From NCBI GenBank assembly GCA_944390375.1, contig CALXPZ010000049.1, positions 1 through 57,491 of the forward strand: 57,491 bases of DNA. The letters run 5' to 3'. The position numbers and the translations under genes are program-made. Of this stretch, positions 40,644-50,892 are shown piece by piece. Source of the stretch: an uncultured Alphaproteobacteria bacterium. Lineage in GTDB: Bacteria > Pseudomonadota > Alphaproteobacteria > RF32 > CAG-239. Position 1 is the first letter of the stretch. Each line of letters starts with the position of its first letter. Under the pieces are notes generated by a model. The model did not search any database, was not told the DNA's origin, and worked only from the letters and a program-made list of their open reading frames with translations.

Positions 40644-42428
40644 CTACAATCCCAGTTTTTTGTCTAACCGCTCCAGTTCGTCAATATAACCGGAAATCAG
40701 GCTCAGCCCCTTGTTCCAAAAGCCGGGATCATTCGGATTAAGACCAAAAGGCGCCAGCAGTTCACCATAATCGGTGATCGCGGTTTTGGAAAGCATCTCC
40801 ATATATTTGGCCGGGAAGTTTTCCACTTTTCCCTCGCGGCTGACCTGATAAAGCGAATTGACCAGGCAATCGGCAAAAGAATAGGCATAAACATAAAAGG
40901 GCAGGAAAAAGAAATGCCCGACCTGAGACCAGATGAAACGGCTGTCCTCGCCGACTTCGACCGCCTCGCCCAAACTGTCGCGCATTTCCTCCTGCCAGAT
41001 TTCGCACAGGCGTTCTTTGCTCAGCTCACCTTCCTTGCGTTCGTTGTGAGCGCGCACCTCAAAGAAGTGGAAAGCAATCTGACGAATGGCGGTGTTGATC
41101 ATATCGCTGACCTTGGAGGCTATCAGCGCCAGTTTTTCCGGTCCGTCCGGCAGTTTGGAAACCATAGCCTGAAACGTGATCATTTCACCGAAAACAGAGG
41201 CGACTTCTTCGGTCGTCATCCGCGAATATTCGTTTAATTCGCCGTTTTTGGTGCGGGTCTGGTGATGGCAGCCGTGCCCCAGTTCATGCGCCAGGGTCAG
41301 CACGTCGTTGCGCTTGCCGGCAAAATTGAGCATCAGGTAGGGATGGAAATCGGCGCTGACCGGCGCGCAGAAAGCGCCGCTGCGCTTGCCGTCGCGGGGC
41401 GGCACGTCAATCCAGTTGTTGTCAAAAAAGTCTTTGGCGATTTCATACAGTTCCGGCGAAAAGGACTTGTAAGCATCCAAAACAACCGATACCGCGTCGC
41501 TCCAGCCATATTCGGCATCGTCGGCAAAAGGCAGCGGCGCATTGCGGTCCCAGTAGGAAATTTTTTCCATTCCCAACCATTTGGCCTTCAGTTTATAAAA
41601 ACGGTGGGCAATGCTTTTGTAATGTGCACGCACGCTTTCGGCCAGGGTGTCTACCATTTGGTCGGAAACGTTTTCCGACAAATTGCGCGAAGACATCGGA
41701 AGTTTGAAACCGCGTTTTTCGTCTTCTATCGCCTTGTCTTTGATCACCATGTTGTAAATGAAGGTGAACAAATCTGCGTTTTCTTCCGCCACGCGGTTGA
41801 GCTCCGCACCGGCTTTACGACGCAAAGAGGCGTCTTTATCCAGCAGCAGTTTGGAAATTTCCGCATCATTATAGGTTTTGCCGTCTACCGTATACTGCAG
41901 TTTTGAGGAAGTTTCCTCATAGAGGCGCACCCAGGCGGAGGACGAAGTCATCGACTTTTCGAGCAGCACCTCTTCCACCGGTTCGGAAAGCTCATAAGGC
42001 TTATAGCGCCGCACCCGTTCAAACCAGGGTTTATAAAAAGCGGCGGCGGGATCTTTGAGCCAGCCGGCAATTTTTTCCGCCGGCAGAGTGTTGATTTCCA
42101 GGCTTAAGAAAATCAGCGGTTTGCTGTAATCGGTCAGTTTTTCACTGATGTTCTGATAAAAGGCAACCGCAGCCTGATTTTTCATCTGCGTTACCATATT
42201 GAGATAAGCAAAACCGCCTATGCGGCTGCCCAGCAGAGAGTTTTGCTCATAGGCTTTCAGCTCCGCCGCAATGCCGGCGCCGTCCAGTTCGCCCAGACGC
42301 CCCTTGCAGCGGGCGGCAAAATCCGCACAGAATCTGCGGTATTTTTCAAGATCTTCCGCAATTTTTTTATCGTCAATGCCGGCATAGAGGTCGCTCAGAT
42401 CCCACGCCGGGAGTGTTTTGTCATTCAT
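40644..42428 (-). CDS. pepF: Oligoendopeptidase F (M3B family)
   Basis: LPAWDLSDLY, GKRSGAF, TLAHELGHGCH, FYVYAYSF. Confidence 0.93.
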   Translation of the reverse strand: MNDKTLPAWDLSDLYAGIDDKKIAEDLEKYRRFCADFAARCKGRLGELDGAGIAAELKAYEQNSLLGSRIGGFAYLNMVTQMKNQAAVAFYQNISEKLTDYSKPLIFLSLEINTLPAEKIAGWLKDPAAAFYKPWFERVRRYKPYELSEPVEEVLLEKSMTSSSAWVRLYEETSSKLQYTVDGKTYNDAEISKLLLDKDASLRRKAGAELNRVAEENADLFTFIYNMVIKDKAIEDEKRGFKLPMSSRNLSENVSDQMVDTLAESVRAHYKSIAHRFYKLKAKWLGMEKISYWDRNAPLPFADDAEYGWSDAVSVVLDAYKSFSPELYEIAKDFFDNNWIDVPPRDGKRSGAFCAPVSADFHPYLMLNFAGKRNDVLTLAHELGHGCHHQTRTKNGELNEYSRMTTEEVASVFGEMITFQAMVSKLPDGPEKLALIASKVSDMINTAIRQIAFHFFEVRAHNERKEGELSKERLCEIWQEEMRDSLGEAVEVGEDSRFIWSQVGHFFFLPFYVYAYSFADCLVNSLYQVSREGKVENFPAKYMEMLSKTAITDYGELLAPFGLNPNDPGFWNKGLSLISGYIDELERLDKKLGL

Positions 42429-42861
42429 TATCCTTATTCTCCAGTTGCTGGTTGAGTTCTTTCAAATTTTCCATTTCGGCCGCAATGTCCGGCGTATTCC
42501 GGTAGTATTCTTCCAAGCTTTCTTCCGGTTCAACGTCGTCAACGGCCGACGGGCGTTTGACATCCGGCACAAACAAATAGTTTGACCAGGGAGCCGGCTG
42601 ACGGCCGGTGATCCACAGTTTTACGCCCTCGCCGATAACTTTGATGTTGCAAAACGTATTTTTGACAACGCTGCCGAGCACGCACATATTGCGGCGGTCG
42701 CAATCATGCAGTTCTTCCGCCATTTTTTCGGTACAGGGGACAAAACCGCGTTTTTGTTCGTCCTGATGCGGCGCCGCCAACACCAGCGCAAACACGCAGA
42801 GGAACAAAAACACCACGACCGACACCAAAAGCCCGAACCAATGCGTTTTGATAAATTGCAT
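42421..42861 (-). CDS. Hypothetical membrane-anchored protein with Cys motif
   Basis: N-terminal TM, four Cys, operon-coupled to neighbours. Confidence 0.75.
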   Translation of the reverse strand: MQFIKTHWFGLLVSVVVFLFLCVFALVLAAPHQDEQKRGFVPCTEKMAEELHDCDRRNMCVLGSVVKNTFCNIKVIGEGVKLWITGRQPAPWSNYLFVPDVKRPSAVDDVEPEESLEEYYRNTPDIAAEMENLKELNQQLENKDNE

Positions 42862-42865
42862 AAAC

Positions 42866-43600
42866 TTATTTTCCCTGTCTTTTTTGCAGATAACTTTCCA
42901 GCAGAGCCAGTTCTTCGCGGGTGTTGGCGCCGGCTACTTCTTCCGCCGGACATTCGACCACGCCGCATTTCAGGCCGTCGGCTCTGGCAATGGCCACGGC
43001 ATCCGTAAGATAATACTCGTGCGCGGCATTTTCATTGCCGATGCGGCGTAAAATGTCAAACATTTTGCTGCCGTCAAAACACATAACGCCGGAGTTGCAA
43101 AGCGTGATGGCCTTTTCTTCGTCGGTTGCGTCTTTGTATTCGACAATTTTCTGCAATTCACCGTCTTTTACCACCAACCGGCCGTAGCGCGCGGTATCTT
43201 CGGGACGAAAACCGAGCACGACAATCGCATATCCTTCCCGCCGTTTGGCAACGGCTTTCAAAAAAGTTTCTTTGGTGATAATCGGGTGGTCGCCGAAAAC
43301 GGTCAGCACATCGCCGTCAAAACCTTTGAGCGCGTCTGCCGCCGCCATAACCGCATCGCCGGTGCCGAGCTGCTGTTTTTGGATCACGCTTTCGTGCGGC
43401 GCAACCTCTTTTCGCACCAAATCACCGTCGGGGGCGGTAACAACCACGATTTTGTCGGTATTCATGCTGTCCAGAGTATCCAAAATGTTGCGGATCATCG
43501 GCTTGCCGCAAACGGGCATCAGCACCTTCGGCAAATCGGATTTCATACGCGTACCTTTTCCCGCACCCAGCACAACGGCGGCAATTTTTGAACCAGTCAT
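42866..43600 (-). CDS. glmU: GlmU N-terminal uridyltransferase domain only
   Basis: GAGKGTRMKSDLPKVL, QLGTGDAV, YGRLV, IVEYKDA, EYYLTDAV; ends before the hexapeptide acetyltransferase domain. Confidence 0.85.
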   Translation of the reverse strand: MTGSKIAAVVLGAGKGTRMKSDLPKVLMPVCGKPMIRNILDTLDSMNTDKIVVVTAPDGDLVRKEVAPHESVIQKQQLGTGDAVMAAADALKGFDGDVLTVFGDHPIITKETFLKAVAKRREGYAIVVLGFRPEDTARYGRLVVKDGELQKIVEYKDATDEEKAITLCNSGVMCFDGSKMFDILRRIGNENAAHEYYLTDAVAIARADGLKCGVVECPAEEVAGANTREELALLESYLQKRQGK

Positions 43601-43643
43601 ATATTTTTCCTTTCTAATCTTTTTTTAATAACTGCATATTATA

Positions 43644-43668
43644 TTAACAAATATATTTTATTTGTTAA
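43644..43668. promoter_or_regulatory. Perfect 10-bp inverted repeat, candidate operator
   Basis: TTAACAAATA-tattt-TATTTGTTAA between divergent genes. Confidence 0.4.
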
Positions 43669-43683
43669 CAAAGGTATCTTTTT

Positions 43684-45792
43684 ATGAAAAAACTTTTTTT
43701 TGCAGTTTGTTTCATTGCGGCAACCGCGCAATCCGCACGGGCGGCGGTTACCCAGATGCGCGACGAAATCTCGTTTCAGCAGTATCAGGCCGACCAGAAC
43801 ATGAAAGTCAGATCGGTGCCTCAGGATACGAGGATACCTGCCAGTTATGAAGAATTTCGCAATTTTATCCGCGAACGGGCAAAAACGGTTGAAAAAACAC
43901 CGATGTCGGTAGTGATGTCGGCCTCTACCATGAACACCCAGAATGATGCCGAATTTATCGCCAGCCAGAAACAGTCCAAATCGACGTTTGAAAAAATTTA
44001 CGAAAGCGCGATGGAGCGCCTGAACCTGCTTGAAAAAGAGCAACCGGGCGACCTGATCAATACGCCGGCTCTCATCCCTCAGGAAATAAAACAGCAGGAA
44101 GAAGAAAAAAAGGAATGGCAGGCGCAGGAAAAAAAACAGGAAAGCGGAATTGAGGTTGTCAGCGTTACCCTGCCGACGGGACAGGATATCCTGGTGCCGG
44201 CCAAAGAGCATATTCCTTATCTGACCAGCAAGATCGACATTATGCCCAACGGCATTGTCCGCATTGTGGAAACGGTTAATCTGGTTGCCAACGGGAAAAA
44301 ACTGAAATACGGGCTTTCCAAGGCTTTGCCCAAATATTCAATTTCACGCGACGGGGTCAAAAACGCAACCATCCCCTATTTGAACGGCGTTAAGATCAAC
44401 GGAACGGAAATTCCCTATCAGCTGAAAGACGCCGGCGACCGCTATCTGATTACTCCGAAAGACAAATTCCAGCTGCCACCGGGAATTTATACCTACGAGT
44501 TTGACTATATGCTTGATCGCAAGCTCTGGTATTATGACGACCGCAACGAATTTTACTGGGACGTTACCGGAAGTTTTTGGAATCTGGTGGTATCGCAGGC
44601 CATCGCCACCGTCAGGCTGCCGGTTAACGTCAATCCGCTCGGGCAAAGCATGTTTATCGGCTATCTGCCGGATCGGCTGACCGATCGTTATTCGACAATA
44701 ACCAAACACCGCGGCTCCAACGCACTCGGCTTTACATCCACCATCCCGTTGTTTGCCGGAGAGGGAATGCATATCCTGATTTCCATCCCCAAATCCGGTT
44801 TCATAGAGCCCGATTTCAATAAAAAATTTGAATGGTTCGTGGAAGATTACGGCGACATTGTTTTCTCGCTTTTCGGACTGCTGGCGATTGTCATTGCCTA
44901 TATCATATCCTGGCGTTTCATCAACTCGGACGCCAACCCGGTCAAAGCCAACCTGCAGAAAACTCCGGCCATGCTCCGGATGCTGGTTAAAGGAACTTAT
45001 GACAAAACATCTTTCTGTTCGTTTCTGCTGGATCTTTTCCGGCGCAATGTGATTGATATGAAAGCAGACGGAGAAACATTGACGCTGATCAAAAAAACAG
45101 ACAATCTGAGCCGGCTGAACTCATATGAAAAGAAAGCTCTCAGACAGATGATCGGGCGCAAGGAACTGTCGGTTGTCTTTAACCGCAACAATGCGCTGAA
45201 ACTCAAACGGGCCAGCAAACTGATCGAAAAAGACACGGTCAAAAGGTTGAAGCTGCTGTCGCTTAAGCTTAATTCCGGCTATATCTTTTTCAGCTGTGCC
45301 ATGTTGCTGTTGTCGGAAGCGGCCATCGCCTGGCTTAATGTCAACACACCCGCAACCATGGGGGTTCTGTTGTCGGCAACCCTGACCGCCGCTTTTTACA
45401 TCTGGATTTTGCGTTCCCGCTTCAAACGGCGCTGGGTCAATATAGCGGCCAAAATTTTTGCCCTTATCATGATTATTTTGTCGGCATTGATGCTAAGCCT
45501 TCATATCCACGCCGTTTCTACTTTGTTTATCCTCGGTATGATCTGGAGTATTTTTACCTATACCGGACTGTTTGCCAGACGCAACGGGCTGATCAAAAAC
45601 AACATCAAAGAAGCCATTGCGTTCGGTCAACATTTGGCGGAAAATGCGCAGGCCATCATCCTCGGACACGAATTTAAACAGCAACAGGCCAATATCTATG
45701 CCCTCGGTGTGGCCGGACAATATCCGAAAACGGAAGAAATTGCAAAGGATTACAGACTTGATCTGATGCCTACGGTCAAAAACCTGTTGTAA
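43684..45792 (+). CDS. DUF2207 domain membrane protein
   Basis: Signal peptide, I.IMPNG.V.I.ET, EFYWDVTGSFW, multiple C-terminal TMs. Confidence 0.8.
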   Translation: MKKLFFAVCFIAATAQSARAAVTQMRDEISFQQYQADQNMKVRSVPQDTRIPASYEEFRNFIRERAKTVEKTPMSVVMSASTMNTQNDAEFIASQKQSKSTFEKIYESAMERLNLLEKEQPGDLINTPALIPQEIKQQEEEKKEWQAQEKKQESGIEVVSVTLPTGQDILVPAKEHIPYLTSKIDIMPNGIVRIVETVNLVANGKKLKYGLSKALPKYSISRDGVKNATIPYLNGVKINGTEIPYQLKDAGDRYLITPKDKFQLPPGIYTYEFDYMLDRKLWYYDDRNEFYWDVTGSFWNLVVSQAIATVRLPVNVNPLGQSMFIGYLPDRLTDRYSTITKHRGSNALGFTSTIPLFAGEGMHILISIPKSGFIEPDFNKKFEWFVEDYGDIVFSLFGLLAIVIAYIISWRFINSDANPVKANLQKTPAMLRMLVKGTYDKTSFCSFLLDLFRRNVIDMKADGETLTLIKKTDNLSRLNSYEKKALRQMIGRKELSVVFNRNNALKLKRASKLIEKDTVKRLKLLSLKLNSGYIFFSCAMLLLSEAAIAWLNVNTPATMGVLLSATLTAAFYIWILRSRFKRRWVNIAAKIFALIMIILSALMLSLHIHAVSTLFILGMIWSIFTYTGLFARRNGLIKNNIKEAIAFGQHLAENAQAIILGHEFKQQQANIYALGVAGQYPKTEEIAKDYRLDLMPTVKNLL

Positions 45793-45849
45793 AAGTTTTG
45801 GCTCTTTTTCCGTATCATCCCGGCAAAACCGCAAAAGTTTCGGTACAAG

Positions 45850-45873
45850 AAAAGCCCCTTTTCGGGGCTTTTC
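45850..45873. terminator. Bidirectional terminator
   Basis: gaaaagcccc-ttttc-ggggcttttc. Confidence 0.8.
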
Positions 45874-46767
45874 TTATTTTTCTTTTTTCTCAGGCGCGTT
45901 ATCATCCGTCCAGGCAAACAGCATTTCTTTCTGAACGATGCTGACAGAGCAAAATGATGCTACCATCAGCAAGAAAAGCAGATTGTAGATAAAGTCGGCA
46001 AGCAACGCTGTTACCGCTGAAAACTCGATCAGAGAAACCGCAAAGACGTTAAAATTGATAAGCAAAATCGAATTTAAAAGGAATATCAGGGCAATCGAAA
46101 GCAGAAGTTTTAATGTGTTATCCGCCGTTTTGCACCAAAAAACTTTTAAACCGGGGCGCTGTTCGCCGGCCATGACAAACGCCGGTATCGAGAAAAAGCG
46201 CAAACCGACCAGAGGCAGCCAGATACCCGACGATACCACCGCAAAATACAGGCTTTCAATCCGCCAGTCGGGGTTGGGGACACGCAAAACCAGCGCATAA
46301 ATTGAAATGATCGGCAAGCACAAAAAGCCTAACACAATCAGAAGAGAAATGAACATTTTCCAATCGAGAGGAGAAATTGTCAGCGCCTCGCGAATATTGA
46401 TGTCGCCGCCGCAAACAGCCGACCGATACCAAGCCCGCAAAAATACGGAAATAATCAGCAGGCGGAGCAGGAAAAAGGTGATATACATCGGCATTGATTT
46501 GGAACAGCCGAAGTAAGCATCATCGCCCCATTCGGCAAAGCCACAGAAATATCCCTCGCGCATGCAAAGAGCCAAAATGCTGATAAACAGGCTGAAAAGA
46601 GCTCCCAGGCACAAAAAGCGCTTAAATCGAAAAAGCAAAACACCGATCGGCAGAAAACACATATCCCAGACCGGAATTTTGACAACCGCCGAACTGTCAT
46701 CCAAAAATTCGGCATTGCCGATGCTCCTTAATTTTTTGCCAAAGGTTTCGCGAAAGTTTTTCATCAT
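45874..46767 (-). CDS. Hypothetical integral membrane protein
   Basis: About 6 TM helices, directly downstream of dnaE. Confidence 0.75.
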   Translation of the reverse strand: MMKNFRETFGKKLRSIGNAEFLDDSSAVVKIPVWDMCFLPIGVLLFRFKRFLCLGALFSLFISILALCMREGYFCGFAEWGDDAYFGCSKSMPMYITFFLLRLLIISVFLRAWYRSAVCGGDINIREALTISPLDWKMFISLLIVLGFLCLPIISIYALVLRVPNPDWRIESLYFAVVSSGIWLPLVGLRFFSIPAFVMAGEQRPGLKVFWCKTADNTLKLLLSIALIFLLNSILLINFNVFAVSLIEFSAVTALLADFIYNLLFLLMVASFCSVSIVQKEMLFAWTDDNAPEKKEK

Positions 46768-46768
46768 C

Positions 46769-49700
46769 TTACATTTCCTTTACTGCAGAAACACCGGGAA
46801 TGGATTTTAAACGGGAAATAATGTTGCCGTCGGCAAACGCGTATCCGCCCGGAAGCGCAATCGTTATATCCCATTCGTCATTATCCGGTTTGATATATAT
46901 TTTGTTCAGGCCTTTTTTATCCTGCCCGACCACCTCTCTAATCGGGCGAACCGCAGATATGCTGCTGACGTTAATAATAAGTGCGCTCGCCGTGTCGGCA
47001 ATCGCTTTATCCAAGGTTTCCAGCCGGCTGATCATAACCCGGGGGCTACCCTCCTCCGTTTGGCGCTCAATCGTTACACTGGCCAGAAGCGGCAGGCCGG
47101 AAGTGATCATCTCTTCGCTGCGCTGCAGGGTTTCCGAAAACAAAATTCCCTCAAACGCCCCGGAGGCATCCGAAAGTTCCAAAAAGGCAAAGCGGTTGCC
47201 CTTCTGCGAAATCTTTTTCTTAAAGCTGTTGACGCAGCCGGCAAGTTTGGCATGAATGACGTCGCCGACCTGAATGTTGCGGAACACTTCACTGCAGTTT
47301 TTGACGCCCAGCTTTTCCATGCCGCTGCGATAACTGTCAAGCGGATGGGCGGAGAGGAAAAAGCCGATTGCTTCTGCCTCCAGTTTCAGTTTTTCAAGTT
47401 CGACCCAATCGGGCGTGTCTTTCAGTTTGATTTCCGCCTGCATCTCCTCGGTGCCGAAAAGCGAAGTCTGGCTGCTGGTCTTCAGCTCGGAAGAAGAGCT
47501 GATGTGCTGGATGATATTGTCGATATTGGCAAACAACCGTCCGCGGTTCTTGTCCAGACAGTCGAAAGCGCCCGATTTGATCAGTTGCTCCAACTGTTTG
47601 CGGTTAGTTTGTTTGATGTCTATCCGGTGCACAAAATCGGAGATGCTCTTAAACGGACCGCGAGCTTCGCGCTCGGCTACCAGTGCTTTCATATTGGCAT
47701 CGCCGACGCCTTTGACGGCCGCCAGGGCATAACGTATTTTGCCGTCTTCGACCGTAAAGTCGGCGCCCGAACGGTTGACATCAGGCGGCAGAACGACAAT
47801 CCCCATTTTGCGGCATTCATCTTTGAAAAACTGCAGCTTGTCGGTATTGGTGATATCAAGGCTCATGGTGGCGCTCATAAACTCAACCGGATAGTGAGCC
47901 TTGAGGTACGCCGTCTGATAGGAAATCAGCGAATAGGCCGCCGCGTGCGACTTGTTGAAGCCGTAAGAGGCAAACTTTTCCATCTGGTCGAAAATGCTGG
48001 TGGCCGTATCGCGTTCAATGCCGCGTTCGACCGCGCCTTCAACGAAAATGCTGCGGTGCTTGACCATTTCTTCCTTGATTTTTTTACCCATCGCCTTACG
48101 CAGCTTGTCCGCACCGCCCAGCGTGTAGCCGGCCAGTTCCTGGGCAATTTTCATAACCTGTTCCTGGTAGATCATGATGCCGTAAGTGCCTTTTAATATC
48201 GGCTCCAGTTTGGGATGCAGATAGGTAATTTCTTCTTCGCCGTGCTTACGTTTGATGTAGCTCGGAATGTTGTCCATCGGCCCCGGACGATAGAGCGACA
48301 CAATCGCGATCAGATCCTCGAAACGGTCCGGCTTAATCTGGCGGTGAACATCTTTCATGCCGGCCGATTCAAACTGGAACACGCCGGCGGTATCGCCACG
48401 TTGCAGCAACGCATAGGTATCTTTATCGTCAAGCGGCACCGTGCTCATATCCAGCTCAACACCGTGGTCGGCCTTAACCAGGTCGACCGCCTTTTTGATG
48501 GTGGTCAGGGTTTTTAAGCCCAAAAAGTCGAACTTAATCAAGCCGGTCGACTCGATATATTTCATGTCGTACTGGGTTACCGGCATATCCGCCTTGGCAT
48601 CTTTATAAAGCGGCACCAGCTGTTCAAGCGGGCGGTCGCCGATCACGACACCGGCCGCGTGCATACCCGGGTTGCGGTACAGACCTTCCAGTTTCATCGC
48701 AATGTCAAACAACTTATTGATCTGCGGATCGTTTTGGCGCATTTCCTCCAGTTCGGGCACCTGCTCCAGAGCCTCTTGCAGACTCGGCTGTTTGCCCTGC
48801 ACCGGCGGCGGAATCATTTTGCTGATGCGGTCGGCCTGGGAATAAGGCATTTGCAGCACTCGCGCCACATCGCGGATAACGGCCTTTGACTGCAGTTTGC
48901 CGTAAGTGATAATCTGCGCCACATGGTCAAAGCCGTATTTGTTTTGCACATATTCAATGGTTTTGTAACGGTTTTCCTGGCAAAAGTCGACGTCAAAGTC
49001 GGGCATGTTGATACGTTCCGGGTTTAAGAAACGCTCAAACAGCAAATCCAGCTTTAAGGGATCAAGTTCGGTAACCTGTATCGACCATGCCACCATTGAA
49101 CCGGCACCGGAACCACGTCCCGGCCCGACCGGCACGCCGTGCGTTTTTGACCAGCGGATAAAGTCCGAAACGATGAGAAAATAGCCGGCGAAACCCATTT
49201 TTTCAATTACGCTCAGTTCATATTCCAGCCGGGCATAGTAGCGCTCGTCGATATCCTTTTTTTCCGCCTCGGTCATACCCTCGAAATAAACCTGGGTTTC
49301 AAGCTTGTGCGCCAGCCCTTTGTAGGCTTCCTCGCGCAGAAATTCGTTTTGGGTTTTGCCATCCGGACATTCAAAAATCGGCAACAGCGGGGCAACATAT
49401 TCCAAAACATAGTTGCAGCGTTTGGCAATATTGACGGTGTTGGCTATTGCTTCCGGCAAATCGGCAAACAAAGCCGTCATTTCGGCCGGACTTTTCAGGC
49501 GCTGGTTGGGGGAATATCTTTCCCGGTTTTCGTTGGCCACATATTCGCCTTTGGCAATGCATACCAGCGCGTCGTGCGCCTCGTACATATCGGTATCAAA
49601 GAAAAAGGCTTCGTTGGTGGCTACCAGCGGAATATCGTGCTTATATGCCAGGTCGATAAAGGCATTTTCGGTTTTAGCTTCTTTTTCCAGCCCGATACGC

Positions 49701-50239
49701 GAAATTTCCATATAGAGCCGATCACCGAAAATTTCTTTTAAGGCGAGCAGAAACTCTTCCGCCTCCGGTGCCCGGTTTTCAAGCAGCAGGCGGCCGACGG
49801 TGCCGTCTATGCCGGCGGTCAGAACAATCAGCCCGGCGCCGTTTTCTTTCAGATCGGAAAGCCTGATCTGCGGTTTTTCGGCAAAGCCTTTTTCGCCGAG
49901 GTAGGCAATTTTCATCAGTTTGCAGATGTTGGCGTAGCCCTCGGCATTTTTGACCAGCAGTATGATTTTATCCGGCTCAACCAAACGCCCTTTGGATTTC
50001 AGCATATCGTCGGCATCGCTGTTGCGGATATACATCTGAGTACCCAAAATCGGCTTGATGCCATTTTTGGGGGCGTAATCGGAAAAGGCTTTGGCGCCGA
50101 ACATATTGGCGGTGTCGGTAACCGCAATGGCAGGATATCCCATTTCCGCAGCACGGCTCATCAGGGCGGGAATTTTCATCGCCCCTTCCAGCAGGGAATA
50201 AGCAGAATGCACCCGGAGATGAATAAACTGCGGCTCCAT
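46769..50239 (-). CDS. dnaE: DNA polymerase III alpha subunit
   Basis: HLRVHSAYSLLEG, GPGRGSGAGS, MPDFDVDF, KFDFLGL, YGFNKSHAAAY. Confidence 0.98.
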   Translation of the reverse strand: MEPQFIHLRVHSAYSLLEGAMKIPALMSRAAEMGYPAIAVTDTANMFGAKAFSDYAPKNGIKPILGTQMYIRNSDADDMLKSKGRLVEPDKIILLVKNAEGYANICKLMKIAYLGEKGFAEKPQIRLSDLKENGAGLIVLTAGIDGTVGRLLLENRAPEAEEFLLALKEIFGDRLYMEISRIGLEKEAKTENAFIDLAYKHDIPLVATNEAFFFDTDMYEAHDALVCIAKGEYVANENRERYSPNQRLKSPAEMTALFADLPEAIANTVNIAKRCNYVLEYVAPLLPIFECPDGKTQNEFLREEAYKGLAHKLETQVYFEGMTEAEKKDIDERYYARLEYELSVIEKMGFAGYFLIVSDFIRWSKTHGVPVGPGRGSGAGSMVAWSIQVTELDPLKLDLLFERFLNPERINMPDFDVDFCQENRYKTIEYVQNKYGFDHVAQIITYGKLQSKAVIRDVARVLQMPYSQADRISKMIPPPVQGKQPSLQEALEQVPELEEMRQNDPQINKLFDIAMKLEGLYRNPGMHAAGVVIGDRPLEQLVPLYKDAKADMPVTQYDMKYIESTGLIKFDFLGLKTLTTIKKAVDLVKADHGVELDMSTVPLDDKDTYALLQRGDTAGVFQFESAGMKDVHRQIKPDRFEDLIAIVSLYRPGPMDNIPSYIKRKHGEEEITYLHPKLEPILKGTYGIMIYQEQVMKIAQELAGYTLGGADKLRKAMGKKIKEEMVKHRSIFVEGAVERGIERDTATSIFDQMEKFASYGFNKSHAAAYSLISYQTAYLKAHYPVEFMSATMSLDITNTDKLQFFKDECRKMGIVVLPPDVNRSGADFTVEDGKIRYALAAVKGVGDANMKALVAEREARGPFKSISDFVHRIDIKQTNRKQLEQLIKSGAFDCLDKNRGRLFANIDNIIQHISSSSELKTSSQTSLFGTEEMQAEIKLKDTPDWVELEKLKLEAEAIGFFLSAHPLDSYRSGMEKLGVKNCSEVFRNIQVGDVIHAKLAGCVNSFKKKISQKGNRFAFLELSDASGAFEGILFSETLQRSEEMITSGLPLLASVTIERQTEEGSPRVMISRLETLDKAIADTASALIINVSSISAVRPIREVVGQDKKGLNKIYIKPDNDEWDITIALPGGYAFADGNIISRLKSIPGVSAVKEM

Positions 50240-50260
50240 TTTTTCCTCTTAAAAAAATTT

Positions 50261-50422
50261 TTACGGCCTTACGGCAACACCGTCAACGCAGCGTTCGGGA
50301 TGATTGGCGCAAATTTCCCGATCGCTGTTCATATCATGCAGGCGGTTGCGCTGAGGCGTAAATTCGCCGGCAACACAGCCGCACAGAGCCAAAAGGGTTA
50401 TCATTAAAACTATTTTTTTCAT
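50261..50422 (-). CDS. 53-aa lipoprotein not in the ORF track
   Basis: MKKIVLMITLLALCGC lipobox, AGGAA RBS, fills the gap in the operon before dnaE. Confidence 0.75.
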   Translation of the reverse strand: MKKIVLMITLLALCGCVAGEFTPQRNRLHDMNSDREICANHPERCVDGVAVRP

Positions 50423-50434
50423 ACTTTAAATTCC

Positions 50435-50803
50435 TTACAGGTTCAGATCGTGTTTCAAAACAAAAAATACAATCAATATCATAAAGATCCTGGCCAAGTG
50501 GCGGAACCACAGACTGCGGTTGTATTCGGCAGAACTCCGCCAGGTGCCGATCACCATTGACCCGGAATAAAACAGCAGGAAACAAAGAGAACTGAAATAT
50601 AATATGGTCAGGATAACGGTCGACGTTTCCAAACCATATTTCCGGGTTGTGTAATAACCTAGGATTGTCAGTCCGCGCAGTTTATGAAACAGCATGGCGC
50701 CCAATATCTTAACCACCAGATGAACGGTCAACATACCGAGCACGCCGAATTTCCAGAAAGTATCTTTCAGGCTCAGCTCGCCGTCTATCAATTTTTTGAA
50801 CAT
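50435..50803 (-). CDS. Hypothetical membrane protein
   Basis: GELSLKDTFWKFG...GTWRSS pattern, 3 TM helices; start taken at MFKKL. Confidence 0.75.
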   Translation of the reverse strand: MFKKLIDGELSLKDTFWKFGVLGMLTVHLVVKILGAMLFHKLRGLTILGYYTTRKYGLETSTVILTILYFSSLCFLLFYSGSMVIGTWRSSAEYNRSLWFRHLARIFMILIVFFVLKHDLNL

Positions 50804-50892
50804 AGACTTTTTATCCCTTGTTTGTCCGATGCCATTTATAATGAGCCAAAGCCGGCATTTGTGCAAGCGGTTTTTAACAGTTTTGCAAGCCA

